Of a stretch of DNA of 64,000 nt, positions 43,323 to 56,910 are shown piece after piece (the first letter of the stretch is position 1; the number at the start of each line of letters is the position of its first letter). This stretch comes from Carcharhinus amblyrhynchos (lineage: Eukaryota): assembly GCA_965287045.1 (NCBI GenBank), contig OZ336885.1, positions 63,860,001-63,924,000 on the forward strand, in the 5' to 3' direction. A program made the position numbers and the translations under genes. The notes under the pieces are model-generated. The model was not told the DNA's origin. It searched no databases and was given only the letters and a program-made list of their open reading frames with translations.

Positions 43323-43982
43323 CTGAAAATCAGTGCAAGAACAATAAAACGTTTTGGCATAACCTTATACTTCCTGAGAGCGTTTCTTGTTTAGTTCATT
43401 GTGTTTGTTTTATGGTTTCCTTTCCAATAAACATGACAGCCAAATGCAACTTCCGGCATGTGCCTCGCATTCAAAACAACATCTCCAAGGAAGGTACCAT
43501 CCAATGAGGTTTCTTTTTTCGTCATACTGCAGTAGCAGCACCGATTGCACGGTACCACCATGCACAGAAATCGTTCTAACATACGGAAAGAATAACTTGC
43601 AGATCGTGGTATTGTTTGGTCATGCATATCGATTTTGTTGACATGAAGTGACAGCATTTATGCATAATAAATTGTTTTATTCCTGCTTAGACCAATGAGT
43701 GAATATTTAACGTTCAAAGCTCTCAAAGCCAAGATTGAAATATAACAATGTTTCCAAGCAACTGGTAAAATTGGCATAGTTTATTGATGCAATTGTTTTG
43801 AAGTGGCAATTCAACACCGGGTTATTAATCATAGAAACGCAGAAAATACAGGCGGCCAAGCCTGGCATCACTTTCAAACGCAACGTGGCAAAAATATCAT
43901 TGCAACATTCATCTCATCAAGTCTCCACACTGTTAGATATGAGGACAGAATCACGGAACAATGTGAAACAAATGCAATCTAC

Positions 43983-44009
43983 CTTCATCTTTTAAATCCA
44001 GTTGTTCCG
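43983..44009 (-). CDS. Micro-exon E (27 nt) (A)EQLDLKDE with non-canonical or mutated acceptor
   Basis: ttttacttctcgttttg|CGGAACAACTGGATTTAAAAGATGAAG|gtagat. Matches the LxxK[ED] pattern of exons A and G and restores the heptad register, but no AG is present (TG for a 27-nt exon, GG for a 24-nt exon). Confidence 0.5.
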
Positions 44010-44034
44010 CAAAACGAGAAGTAAAATGGCGAAA

Positions 44035-44951
44035 TTGCCTCCATCTACCCACTCTTATCCATCCATGTATCAACCAATCTTTCTGCCATATATACAGCCA
44101 GCCATCCATCCATTCATTAGTTAAGCCATCTGTTATCGGACAACAAATTTTATGAACTTGGGCACACAAAATGGAAGTAAACTAAAACTACCCTCAGAGC
44201 CCTCCACCAGGAATCACAAAGTAACAGACACCGATCAGTAGGCAAGAGCATGCTTTTGGAATGCAAATGAGGGTTAGCACATAAGGGAAGCTGGACAGGA
44301 TGGCACCTATAGGAACTAACTTTCCACCCCATCAAAATCAGCACCTTTAAAACAGTCGAACAACCCATGGAGACACCTAAATTAACATAGTTAAGGAAAC
44401 ATTCCTGGCCCTTCAAAGCCTCTTTTGACACCAATGACTCGCCTATGGTTCAAACCCCGGAGATTCTAGGCTATTAAATAACCAATCAGACAAAACATTT
44501 CGCGCACACCTAAAACAATTTCCTCAACCGTTGAAAACATCGAGACAGGATGGCTAAGGTCGAATACTCTAAATAAAGTATTAGCATTTGAATCGCATAC
44601 TGCACCGAAGTTCAGGTATAGCTATAGCCTGCTGCGAGGGACGGGCAGTGTGCTTTCGGGATCGTCCGATTGTATGCCCTGACTGCACCTCCTTCGTCGT
44701 AAAAGAAAATAAAGCTGTGCCGCTATTGAACTACACCCTGATTCCGTAGTGGTTGTTTCGCCCACTCGCGCTAACACATCCAATCATGCATTCGTCCATT
44801 TAGTCATCAATCTATCGATCCATCCATCCAATTTTACATCGAATCATGCATCCATATGTCAATGCTACCATCATTCATCATTCAATCCAACAACCATCCA
44901 AACATCAATGCATACAGCTCACTATCCATTCGTCCAACAAAAGAATCGTCC
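44035..44951. repeat. Degenerate (CATC/TCCA)n microsatellite interrupted by the solo LTR and running into the gap
   Basis: catcc/atcca-rich sequence on both sides of 44131-44776. Confidence 0.7.
44131..44776 (+). mobile_element. Solo LTR, family 2, copy 2
   Basis: TGTTATCGGACAACAAATT...CCCACTCGCGCTAACA with an exact 4-bp TSD catc/catc. Confidence 0.88.
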
Positions 44952-45088
44952 NNNNNNNNNNNNNNNNNNNNNNNNNNNNNNNNNNNNNNNNNNNNNNNNN
45001 NNNNNNNNNNNNNNNNNNNNNNNNNNNNNNNNNNNNNNNNNNNNNNNNNNNNNNNNNNNNNNNNNNNNNNNNNNNNNNNNNNNNNNNN
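44952..45088. other. Assembly gap (N run)
   Basis: Run of N characters. Confidence 1.
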
Positions 45089-46633
45089 TTAACAGTATAA
45101 TTGTTTTATTGTGAAAATCCCCAAAATGCATCACTCCGGTGTCCTTTCAGATAAACTGAGTCATAACTTAATATGGTTAACCTACTTAATCCGCAATTAT
45201 TTCAACTGTTTCACGAAACAGAGCCACCAGAGAAAACACACAGACGTGGGGAGAACGTACAAAATCCACACGGATTTCATGACTCAAGCTGGTCATGAAA
45301 CCTGAATCTCTGGTATTACGATGCAGTCGTCTAATTTTGTGTAGAATAAACTTGAGTAAGAGTATGCAAATTCATAAGAGAGAACAACGCGTAAGATCAC
45401 GATTAAGAACAAATCTAAGTGTAAGTGCAAGAGTTAGAGTAACATGGCGAATATGAATAAGAGTAAAAGTGGCAAATTTGCAGAAACTCGACAAAAATGT
45501 TTCATTGCACTATGTTAAGTTCCAGCAGGTTTATTTGGTGAGATACCTGATGAAGGAGCAGTGCTTCAAAAGGTCGCACTGCCAAAAAAATCCTGTTGGA
45601 ATTTAACCCGGTGTTGTGAGACTTCATACGGTGCCTACCCACTGCAACGTTATTGCTCCACTTTGTGACTGAATGAAGTAAATAAGTATATAAAGTTCAT
45701 GGCAATATTCATGTGCAGATGATCATGAAAGATGTGTGTCCATAAAAGAAAGAGCAGAGTCACTAACTATAGCAGATTTCCGTTAATGTTCTTTAACTCT
45801 CAGACGTCCATGAGAATCCAAACGCATTTCGTCAACATTCAGGAGTAGCGAACCTATTTATTTTTATTATTACTATTTCTAATCAGCATAAGTAGGCCGG
45901 CCTTATGATAAATGTAAACTTCAATAACGTGTTGAATAATTGTGTATTTTAAGTTTACTGTCTGACCAGCCTTCGTTTTACGGGATGGCAGTGCATGAAG
46001 ATGTTGAAAGTCAAGTTTGGATCTTACTCGCCTCAGATCTATTTCGAATACATTCATTGGATGATGAGACTACTGTCATGGAAAGCAAGCTAAATTATCT
46101 GGTTGAACAGGCCAACCAAAATAGAACACCCGCAAAGAATGAATCTTCACTCGTTAAGATTTTGCACGCTGTGCGTGATTTGTGCAATTAACTTCTTTTT
46201 TGTTTGTTTTTGACTTCTGTTATATTGTGGCAGATGAAGAATTGTGTGTATAATTAATCGACGGGATTCCCTCTGTGATATTTTGATTCTTTGTTTCCGT
46301 GAGCTGGCACGTACTAATAAAATGTGCTTGCGCGTAAATTCCCAACACACCAGCCAGACAGTTTCTAAACCGCTTGGCTATTAAAAATGCTAGAAACTAA
46401 TTTCTACCTTGCAACATTGAACAAGTTTTTTTTTACACTGGAACAACTTTCAGGTCAGAGATGTCCCTGAATATGATCAAAATAGTCAAGCCATTTAAAA
46501 AAATCCCCCAATTGTTACAATTCCTCACCAATCTTGCTAAATAGCACAATAATGTTTTGGATCATTTTCAATTGCAGATTGACATGAACATCATCAGAGG
46601 GAGGTGGAGAAATGTAAAAGCACAATATCTTAC

Positions 46634-46669
46634 CTGACTTTTTGAATGATTCTTCACATTTTTTCAGTT
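46634..46669 (-). CDS. Coiled-coil micro-exon D (36 nt, phase 1-1): (E)LKKCEESFKKS
   Basis: ttatttatctgaattatag|AACTGAAAAAATGTGAAGAATCATTCAAAAAGTCAG|gtaaga. Continues the heptad register of exons A-C. Confidence 0.75.
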
Positions 46670-48239
46670 CTATAATTCAGATAAATAATTGTTTTAGTTC
46701 TATGATTGGAAATGTTATTTATTGTCTTGATAGTTAATAAATATATGTTAATACAGAATTCATTTGTAACGAAGCGCCATAATTGTGCAAGAAATTCACC
46801 AAGTAAGAGTACATTTCATGATGAAGTCTTTATAGAGAGCTCAGTTTATATAATCATAAGATTGCACTTCACGTAGAATAACAGAATGAAACATTATTTG
46901 ACTTTATACTGCTCCTCTGTGATGTCAATTTCGCTCAGCTCCTAACGTCATTTTAATTTCATTACGCGAAACAAGATCTCAGCATGACAGGTAGTTCAAA
47001 GCTTCTATGGGCATTAAGTGCATAGATTCCCCGAATATTCCATCAATGGTCCCCATATTTCAGTCCCAGTTAATAGACTTAAGGGTGAATCCGAAAATGT
47101 TACCCTGACTGAAATATCGTTAAAACATGTTTTCATTTGAAAGCAATGTCAGGAACGCGAATTATTATTGAATGTTGAGGATAGACATTTGCTGAACCTG
47201 CAACGTTTGAGTCCCACTCTGAAACGTGTTGGGTAGTCCTCTTCAACTCATGTTCAAAACATTTTTTTTCAATAGCTTCATAGGCGGTTTTCATATTCGT
47301 GTTTCACAAGGAATCCGCATTGTTTCCTAATTTCGGTAATAATTTCCCTTCGAAAATTTTGTACCAAAGTGAATAACTTTAATTTTTGGAGAAAAAAATA
47401 ACAGTTCTGCCATTATTCCCTCTTAACTTATCCTACCTATGCCCCTTTGCTTTTCTATTTTCCTTCTTTGCGGCAAAAAAACGTATACAATTTTTAGAGT
47501 AATTATCAAGTTTGTCTATGGGAACGTCTAACCTGCATCCTAATCCGTAATATGCATGGTAATTATTTGCGCCTGCGGAACAAATCTCGTGGCATACTAA
47601 TTATTATATCGTTTCAACCAGAATAATGAAAAGAGCATTTTTCTCGAATCCTTTCTTTTCATGCTTAGTCAGTAGTCTATTGAATGGATAAAATACCTCT
47701 TATCTTATTTGAAATTGTATTGTCTACCAGCCTTCTGTGTGGCACCTGAGCAAATTTCTCCTGGAAACTAGAAACACAATATCTAAACGGATACTACTTA
47801 TTTATCTTGCTTCTTAACAAACAACAATCTCACGCAATGTAGTTTTTTTTTCTTCTTCCCCAATTCGCACTTGTACTTATTCATGGAACTTGTGAATCAC
47901 CAGATGGCCAGCGTTGATTGTGCAAGCCTAATTGACCAAGGTAAGTCGGCAGTCAACCACATTGCTCTGGCCCTGAAGTCACAAAACGGCTTGACAAGGT
48001 AAGCACGGCAGATTTCCATTTTGAAATGACGTTATTGAACCAGATGAACAATGGTTTCAGAGTGTTCAGTACACACTTAATTCAAAACATTTTAATTGAA
48101 CCCAAGTTCCACCATCTACCCTGGTAGGATTCGAAAATCCCTCTTCGCCCCTCCTGCCCCGAAACTGAGCAGTGAAACCAATGCGTCATCACCTACGCTC
48201 ATCATTTATTTGTTGGTATGGACTTGGAATGCCGTGCAG

Positions 48240-50880
48240 CCCGGGCTCGGAAAGACAACAATTTGTTGGATGCAATCATGAGTGTTTTTTTGAGAGCGTA
48301 TATTGGTGATTCAAACAGAGAGGGGTTAGATTATATTAGGCGTGATGTTAGGTAATGAGTCAGATAAGGTGAGCTATATTTCATGGGGGATTATTTTGGG
48401 TTTGCTACCATAATTTGACAAATTTTCAGTAAGACAGAAAAAAGGCAGAAGCGGCCCTCCGGTGAGAGAGCTTAATTGGCCCATTGACTATTGCAACCAA
48501 ATTAGAAAGGGACTGAAAAATGAGGTTTGGCATCGGTGATTTGAGGGCAAATGTTCGTCTTGCATGTGGGAGGCTTTAATGACAGGTTTATTCTATCGAT
48601 ATAGTTTATCCAGGGAGACATGACCACGCACAAATAAAGACAGAAATGTCAGGAATCTGGAACAATGGATACAGGCTGAAATTTAAGCACAAAAAAAGGA
48701 ACAATTTCTATCTCAAGGTATGTAAAGCTAAGGAAGCCCTTGAGGAGTACTGTTAACGTTGGCAGGAAAATAAATATGCAATTAAATGGTTTAAAAGGGG
48801 CCATAGAACAAATTTGGCAAACAGGGTCAAGGAGAATCCCAAGACATTAAATGCTAACTTAGCAGCAAGAGGAAAGCAAAATAAAATTAAGCCCATTCAA
48901 GAACAATGAAGCCACAGCAAATGGGTGAGATGCTTAATCAACACTTTGCATCGGTATTCATCAAGGAGGGTGAAGTGGCCGATGCTGAGTAGGTAGTGGT
49001 AGGTGCATGAATGTTCTACAGAATGTCAATATTTTGAAAGAGGACCTGTTGATTGTTCTGAATTGCAATAAGATAGACAAGACCCCTCTTGGGTCACTGT
49101 CTATTGCTGAGTCTGCACATTTTCAAAATATGTGCGTAGGTTTGCGCAGGGTGCTGCGGATTCATTTGGCAGTCCAAATATAGAAACAAAGAAACATAAA
49201 AGGTTGACTAGGAAGCTAGCAAGATAAAGAGTGGGCCCATTCATTGGACGTGTAGGTGAGAGGCATTTTACATGCTAAATGGACGACTACTGTTCTGGGA
49301 TGTGCATTTAGAGGGATTAGCAGGTTAAATATGAGGTCTTGATGTGATTATTTTCGGTGCAGCCCCGATGGGCCCAATCGCTTCCTTCTTAATATTAGGG
49401 ATTCAATGAAATTACTGGGACCAGATGGGATGCATCAAAGAATACTGCAGGAGGCAAGGGAACAATTAGCTTGTGCCATAACAGATATCTTCATAACATC
49501 TTTGAACACAAGCGACTGGAGAATACACACTACTTTTTCTTGTTCTTTTTTTGAAAGGGATAATGCAGGGAAATAAAGGTGCGTGAAATTGATACGCGGT
49601 TTGTGGGGGTGGGAGGGGATTTTGGATAAGACATTGAAGACTGGCTATTTGCACATTGGAAAGAATATTAACTCGTTTGTGATACGCAGCATGGTTTTGT
49701 TATGGAAAGTTTTGTAGCCAAGAGTTGACAGATTTTTTTTTTCAAGATGTGACAAAGATAATTGATGGGGGAAGGACCATGAATATTGTTTGCCTTTACG
49801 TTAGTATGGTTTTAGACATGGCCCCATGTAGCAGAGTTATGTACAAACTAAACTCAGATGGGATCAGCGTGTGCTGCCTGAATGTATGCAGAACTGGCTG
49901 CTTATCGAAGACTCGGGACTGCGTACAAGCATTTTTTTTTTTCAAAATGGAAATATGTAGGTACTGTGTAGCAAAGTGTTAGTGCTGGGAGTTCTGCAGT
50001 TTGTAACCTAGATAATTGATCTCATTAGTAGTTTTGAGGATTAACCGATAATTCGTTAAATTGCTGATAGTGCCTGGGATTGCCAGAAGAGAATTGGAGA
50101 AATAAATGACAGATAGATTTCGAACCGTGCAAACGTAAGGTCCTGCATTTTTCAGGATCAAATTTAGATTTTAATTATTACCGAAGTAGCAGAACACTGA
50201 AGAACAATAACACAAAGAAGAACGTGGGTTCGCAGATACGCAGTTCCAGAAGAACAGGGATACCGGCAAAGATGATCTGGCCCTCTGGAATTCTAACATT
50301 CGCCAGCCGGGGAACAGAGTGCATGACTGTGAAATAGTTTCGCAGATCCATAAGAACTTGCTTAGGCCGCATTTGGAGTGCTACATGCAGTTCTGGTCAC
50401 TGCACCTTTGGGACGAAGTGATACATTTGGGGACAGCACAAAAAAGGTTGACCAGGATGTTTCCTGGCCTTGAGATTATTGGCTGTGAGGAGAGGTTGAA
50501 CGAACCAGGATTTATTTTTCACGAGAAAGACAGGAGGAAGAATTGTAAGAGAACTATAAATTTAAGTGAGGCATGGAGAGTGTGGATATTCAGAGGCATT
50601 TTCAACGTGTACAAGTATCAATTTCATAGCAGAACAGATTCAAGGTGAGAGGGGTCAATTGAAGGGAGATGAGTGGAGGTAGCCTTTCATGAAATGAGTG
50701 GTGTGTGCCTGGAAAGCAGTGCCAGAGAATGCGGTGGCAGCAGGTCAATTAACAACTTTATAGAGTTATTTGGATGGACACATGATTGGGGAAGGAATAG
50801 AGGGGTATGGACCAAGTAAGGGCAGATTTTTGTTTTTAGTTTAGTTGACTTACAATCATCAGCACAAGCATGGATTTGAA
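48240..50880 (+). mobile_element. Heavily decayed CR1 LINE with a probable SINE insertion near 49090-49410
   Basis: RVKENPK, MLNQHFASVF, LTDFF.DVTKIIDGG, LLRPHLECYMQFWS. Confidence 0.85.
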
Positions 50881-53829
50881 AAAAAAAGTTTTTTTTCCTT
50901 TTATAAGCTTTAATTTTCCTTCATTCGTTTAGAGCAATTATGGCTTGCAATGTTTCATTCAAAGTGCTCTAACATTGCAATTTTAGTTGGTTCTTCTAAC
51001 TTCTCAAAAACAGATGTTGCACAGCGTGGCCAATGCCTTCCTCCATTTTGTTTTTCACCTTTTATGAATAAAGACATGGCTACGGCACACTACTTCTTTA
51101 CCGGCTCTTTTCTTAAAAAAAAAGGTTTTAAACAATGCTTCCATTACCTCCCAAATTACTTGCGTTAAGACGAAGTATGGAAGTCATCACGTCACGGCGA
51201 CTTCCAGCACATGTCCATGTTATTTTTCCCATATTAACAATGAAAGCTCGACATTCCTCCATTTATATAGTGTCTGTATTTTCTGTAACCACTAGAGTAC
51301 CACAGTTGTTTTCGATCTTTAAACAGCTGCAAACGATTAATTTAACGTCTCAGTTCTTTATCCTTTCCACAAAATTAACGAAATGGCACAATCTTCCAAG
51401 GGTCACACATTCATTTTCGTTACCCTATTACATATTGTGTACTGATCGAAATTTGTGTTTTCCCTTCGCATACATTATGGGTGCCTCTTGCGGTCTTTAC
51501 GCTTGAAAAACAAACCTGCACGTGTTAAGGTGCCATTGATTTTTGGCAGCGAATCTGTACTGCTCCAATCCCTTACTCAATGTACATGCGATTATCGCTT
51601 GATGTACAATTGACGTACAATGATAGTACAAGTTAACAACAACATATACAAATGGTTTTGTCCGATACCAATGTAACTTTTTTTTAGTGTTTGGCAGTGA
51701 TGTTAAAACAAACTGACTTAAATTGAAAGAACTGGGTTGTATGCATCTGCAATTCGGCAACTGCAGCAGTTCATGAAGTGAAATTACACTTTCAAGGGAA
51801 ACTCTGAATGAGCAATAATTGCGAGTCTTGACAGAGACTCCCGCATGCCACAAACGAAAGAAACGATTATGTTTAAATCTATGTTTAAAAACGATTATGT
51901 TAAACCTAAGATTCGGAATTCCTTACTGGTGCTGCATTAAGCACGTAACAATCCACGTTATTTCCGAGATGCAGTTGTACATAGAACATAATGTCAGGCT
52001 GAAAATAAAATATTTTGTTTTTCGAATATAAAGCTTTGGTTACGTTATTTATGAGTTGTGAATATATTGTATTGCCTCGTGTTGCATCCTTTGAAATTGA
52101 TAAGCTGCACGGTATTTCAATAAAATGCATAACATAATGAGATATTTCAATGTAAAATAAAGGAAGATTTTATGTTCCTTTCAACTGAAGTCACGGACAA
52201 AGATCATGCGTTTAGTGCATGATGAATAAGGTGTGATGGCGCTTTCAGAAGATGTTTACATCTTGAATGCTGCGTGCATCTAACTTAACTGCTTGGAATG
52301 AAGTTGGATGCATGTGCACACATACTCACATAAACCCTCGCACACATACCCTCACAATGTTGGACAAGTATGCACATGGGCAATTGTTTGTGTGGGTGGT
52401 AGGGATACAATTGGACAGAAAACAATTCAGATGCTGATGTACTGAAGGTAATTAATAAAAAACGCGATATTAACGACCCATTCTCGGTGACGTGCCACTA
52501 TCTTTTTTTTATTTCTTTTCTCTTCGCGATCCATACGTTTTGAAGTAATTTCACTGGAGTCCGTTTGAACACAACTTAATTCAAAAGTACCAAATGGGTA
52601 TTAAATGCTGTCACCAAACTTGCGCTGGAAATTAATCCGTCCAGATTCACATGAAGGTAGAAACAAGGTTAGAGACGATTATATGATTCATGAAAGATAT
52701 GGTTTCGATTCAGAAATGTTGTACAATGTTTGCCAAAAAAGGTAAAAATGTCACCGTTTTATGCAAAACATTGAATTAAGTTGTATTAAATGGCCTTTAG
52801 CCGAGGATTTGCTGCCGACCATGAATTCGTTTTTTTCAACTGTTACAGTTTTCGTGGTGCCTAATGCTTGGAATTGAGACAATAACATTTTTTTTGTCAA
52901 TCTATTTTGTTCAAGTGCTATCAACACCATACGTATGAGGCATGATGGCAACTTGCTTCGATGCATCCAGCTTAAATAACACCCATTAACCCGACATAAT
53001 GGAATGCCATTTACCTCGCTACAAATATCAAATAGCACACATTTACAATTTAATACTAGATATGTTCCACCGTCAGATTCAATGCTAGGAATGGGCTCAG
53101 TCTACTAATAAAGCTGCATTTCTTCTTTCATTTTGATTCAAAGGCAAGTATGCGGAATTCGGTCGGAATGGTCTGTTAACGTTCCCTTATTAAACATGAA
53201 AACACTCAGACTTCAGGATGTCAGGGGTCACATTTGAAGACTCGAGGACCGCACATCACGAAGTATTTAAGAATTTGTTGGATAGGGCAGAATGTGTGAT
53301 TTTGATCTAGCTGCCTGTAAATTTGTATAGATTGTAAGAAATGACAATCATTGGGATGGCAGATCTATGCGATAGCACATGAAGGATTGCAAAACGAAAT
53401 ACTATTTCCTCGTAAACATGACTTGGCTGGATCAGAATGGCACTATGTTCTTTTCCTTTTGTTGGGGGTGGGCGGGGGGGTGGGGGAGGTGGCGGTGGCG
53501 GTGGTTCCAAACAGCTCATCTTTGAATTGTTTTTTTTTTCCAAATTTCCAATGATTCGGCGATTAAAAAAATGTTGTTTTGTAATCTCTTCAGTGAACAA
53601 CACTAGGCACAGCTCCATTTGAACAACACGACTTGTTTCAAGCAGTCATCCACACCAACGCAAGTACATTCCTGTCAGCAGCAATCTGAGAAAGTCCTAA
53701 TCTATCAATTTGGATGCACGGGCGCACCTAACACTGATTCACCACAAATTGTGAGTCAAACCCTCCTTTGTAGGAAAAAAAAACCTGAGTCCGTCCTTCA
53801 ATGTTGCTCATTTAACTCAGGCACTCTGT

Positions 53830-53835
53830 TTTATT
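53830..53835 (-). promoter_or_regulatory. Candidate poly(A) signal AATAAA for the alternative last exon
   Basis: tttatt on the + strand, about 155 nt downstream of the TAG at 53990-53992. Confidence 0.35.
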
Positions 53836-53989
53836 TCCAAGGCAAGCGATAACACACTTCTAAAATACATGAGTTCAGATAAATCTGATAATCAGAATCT
53901 GTGGTCAGTGCTTTTTCAAGCGCATCCAACAGCAGAAAAGTACGGTGCGTGCATTGAAAGACAACAACCTCGCGCTTCTCTCCGGGTTC

Positions 53990-54060
53990 CTATCCATCCT
54001 CATTGGTGAATATTTCATCGCCGCTTAAACGTTCATACGACAGACGTCTTCCCTGCAGCT
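53990..54060 (-). CDS. Candidate alternative last exon: (E)LQGRRLSYERLSGDEIFTNEDG* with ITIM-like LSYERL
   Basis: ttgttgtgcttacgtctgcag|AGCTGCAGGGA...GATGGATAG. Phase-1 compatible with exon C. AATAAA on the minus strand at 53830-53835. Confidence 0.5.
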
Positions 54061-54918
54061 CTGCAGACGTAAGCACAACAAATAGAGTGCAGCAAACACA
54101 CAGAAAGAGACAGGGAGAGAGAAATCGATGTCACCTTCTAACAGGCAACAACGAATGGACAGTGAGGATTCCCTCACCAGCCACACAAAAATCACATGAA
54201 ATATTAGACGTAATGAAGACTTAAATCTAGCCACCTGTCTGTTAGGAACCTAGTCGTCAGGAATCGAATGCCAGACAAGGCCGCCTTGGAAGTTATGTGG
54301 CACATATGTGTGGGCACGTACGAGCAATCAAATGTTAATTGCAGCTCTGAAGAATTAGCCACCTCACATTTATTTGGAAATGAGATGTCTCCGCATGCAG
54401 ACAAAGTATTGTAGGCCTTTTTCGTACAGATGGGGTGAGCACCTGATCGTGACGATACCATCAGTAACATTTATCACTTCAACTCAACCCAGGAATTCCC
54501 CCTTTCTTGCTTCATGCTTCCGATCTTAATGACGCAAGATCCTTTGTGTATCATCAGAGACTGACAACATTTTCCCAACCATAAACTAAGCACTGCTGAA
54601 CGGAGTCGGAACGAGAGGCTCAATTTTATTCCTAAGTACGTAGAACAATTCATGGAACTGTAAACAGGCCGTACAATGTTATTCATAAAATGACAGTTGT
54701 AATGGGATATCAAAATTGCTGAACGTTAGGTTGTGCTGCCAAAACGAACAGACTCCGTGCATTTTTTTTTGTCCTCTTTTGTTGCCATGGTGATAAGTTA
54801 ACTTTCTACCACTTTGAAAGCAAACAGTAACAATTTCCTTGGAACAGCCATAATTGCTCATCTCTCATTGTGCCCTGCAACATAATATAAGCCAAAGAAA
54901 TAAAAGGAAGACACTTAC

Positions 54919-54933
54919 CGTTCAATGCTTTTT
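54919..54933 (-). CDS. Coiled-coil micro-exon C (15 nt, phase 1-1): (E)KALN
   Basis: ttttggtctactttgcag|AAAAAGCATTGAACG|gtaagtg. Strong acceptor and donor. Confidence 0.8.
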
Positions 54934-56764
54934 CTGCAAAGTAGACCAAAACATGAATGACGTAAATGATAATGGTAAAGAATTGACAGCAAAATAATGA
55001 TGATTGAATATAGAAGTTTGCATTAAAATTATGATGGAATTTAAACTAAAGTGTTTGTCGACACATAATTCTTTCAGCTACAGACAATGCTCTTTTTCAA
55101 CTTTTCAAAACAGATGTAATAATGGCAAGGCTCGTTAGAGGTACTGTTGTGTACATAATGCCATCAAACGAATCATCCATGCATGCCAGCTGAGTCTTCA
55201 AACGGGAAGGGTAGTAATCGAAGCAGGGGTTTAAAATGGATTAGGGGACGAAAACAAAATGCCCTGACAGAGAAAATGAAGAAATCGGAACATAAAAAAG
55301 CAATGGTAACTAGCAATCTCAAATCTACAAATAAATCTGCAAATGGTCCAAGGGTTAGTCTGAAATTCGGAGGATGAAGAACTTCTTTTCCACACATGCA
55401 CACCTACTAATACTAGAGAATGCTCCAATGATGTCTTCAGGACCTGACAATCTAGGTCCAATAGAGATGATGAAAAAAAAGTACCTACAATGGTTATCAT
55501 ATTGAAAATCAAGAAGTGGGCTGGCTATACGGGTATGAGATCATCCCAATTGCACAGGAGTGCTACAGTGTTTAACTATTTACAAGGCACGGAAGATTTT
55601 CTGATCAATTGGTTATCGTAAAATATGTGAGGTTTGAGCAAGAAGGGCTTTTCTAGTGAGGTTATCATTAGAAATTGAATTGGGGTCTTATGAATAAATC
55701 GGTGGTCGTAGTCATGGATAATATTTGCTCGAATAATAATAATTAAAATAAAGATGCACATTGTAGTGATTTTCAGTTGTTGAAGCCAGAATACAGAATT
55801 CTCCCCCTTTTTTTTTCTCTCCTCTCATAGTATCAGTATTAGAAATATGAATTGGTCGTAAGATTAAAAAAAAACTTCTTCAGAATGCCATGTTCGTTTT
55901 CAAAATTTTCCAATAATGCTATATATTCAAGTGTGGACATCAGTGAATTTGAAGTAACTGACAAGATTATAGAAATCAAGGCAGATGCCGAATTCTGAAA
56001 GGAGAAAAAAAAACGAAAACGCATTGGAAACTCTGAAAGAGTGACAACATCTTTGGAGACAGAGTCGAGTCAAAGTAGCGAGATTGGATTACCATTCATC
56101 AGAAGTAATAGTAGCTACGGCGCCGACGAAGGTTTGTCCATACTCGAAGCTGTGGCGTTATTCTCGTTGCACAGATGCTGAATGTTCTGTTGAGTTTCCA
56201 TGTAATACTAGCCCCATATGCATGGCATCATCAAGAGCTATTGGAAGGATGTACACGTATATGAGTGCAGTCTTTCACCTTCGACTGGTAACACCCTCAA
56301 AATAAAAACCCAAGAGGACTGTCAAGTATGATTCCCCACTGTGTCTTCTTTATTCAATCTTTTCTTATTTTCAAAGAGATTTATGGTCATATCCTTCTAA
56401 AGAGACTCTAGCGTTTTACACATCAAAGATGTGAGATTTACTATATGTTTGTGCAAAATCAGCAATCTTATTTTAATGATATAAAACTCGGGCTTGGCAA
56501 TCACCTGAACATCAAAGTAATATTTCACAACAATTAAAAAAGAACGCTCAGGTTACACAATCCAGCCTTTCGCTTAAACGAAATAGCGTCATGCTGTAAA
56601 GTGAAAGAGAGGCTCTTCTTTCTCTCCCTTGGAGCAAAACTTTCTAACAATGCTTCCTGCATTCTCACACAAATCATTAATGGAAATGACAAACTACTGT
56701 GGACCCAACACTGATCTGTGAGGCGCACCGTTGGTCACGGGCTTCCGGCTTGAAAAAAAATACA

Positions 56765-56910
56765 AACATAAGAACATAAGAAATAGGAGCAGGAGTAGGC
56801 CATCTAGCCCTTCGAGCCTGCCCCGCCACTCAATAAGATCATGGCTGATCTGTCGTGGCTCAGTTCCACATTCCCGCCCTCTCCCCATAATCCTTAATCC
56901 CCTCTCTTAT
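56765..56910 (-). mobile_element. Short, young-looking CR1 3'-end fragment
   Basis: cataagaacataagaaataggagcaggagtaggccatctagcccttcgagcctg is a typical CR1 tail in reverse. Confidence 0.75.
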
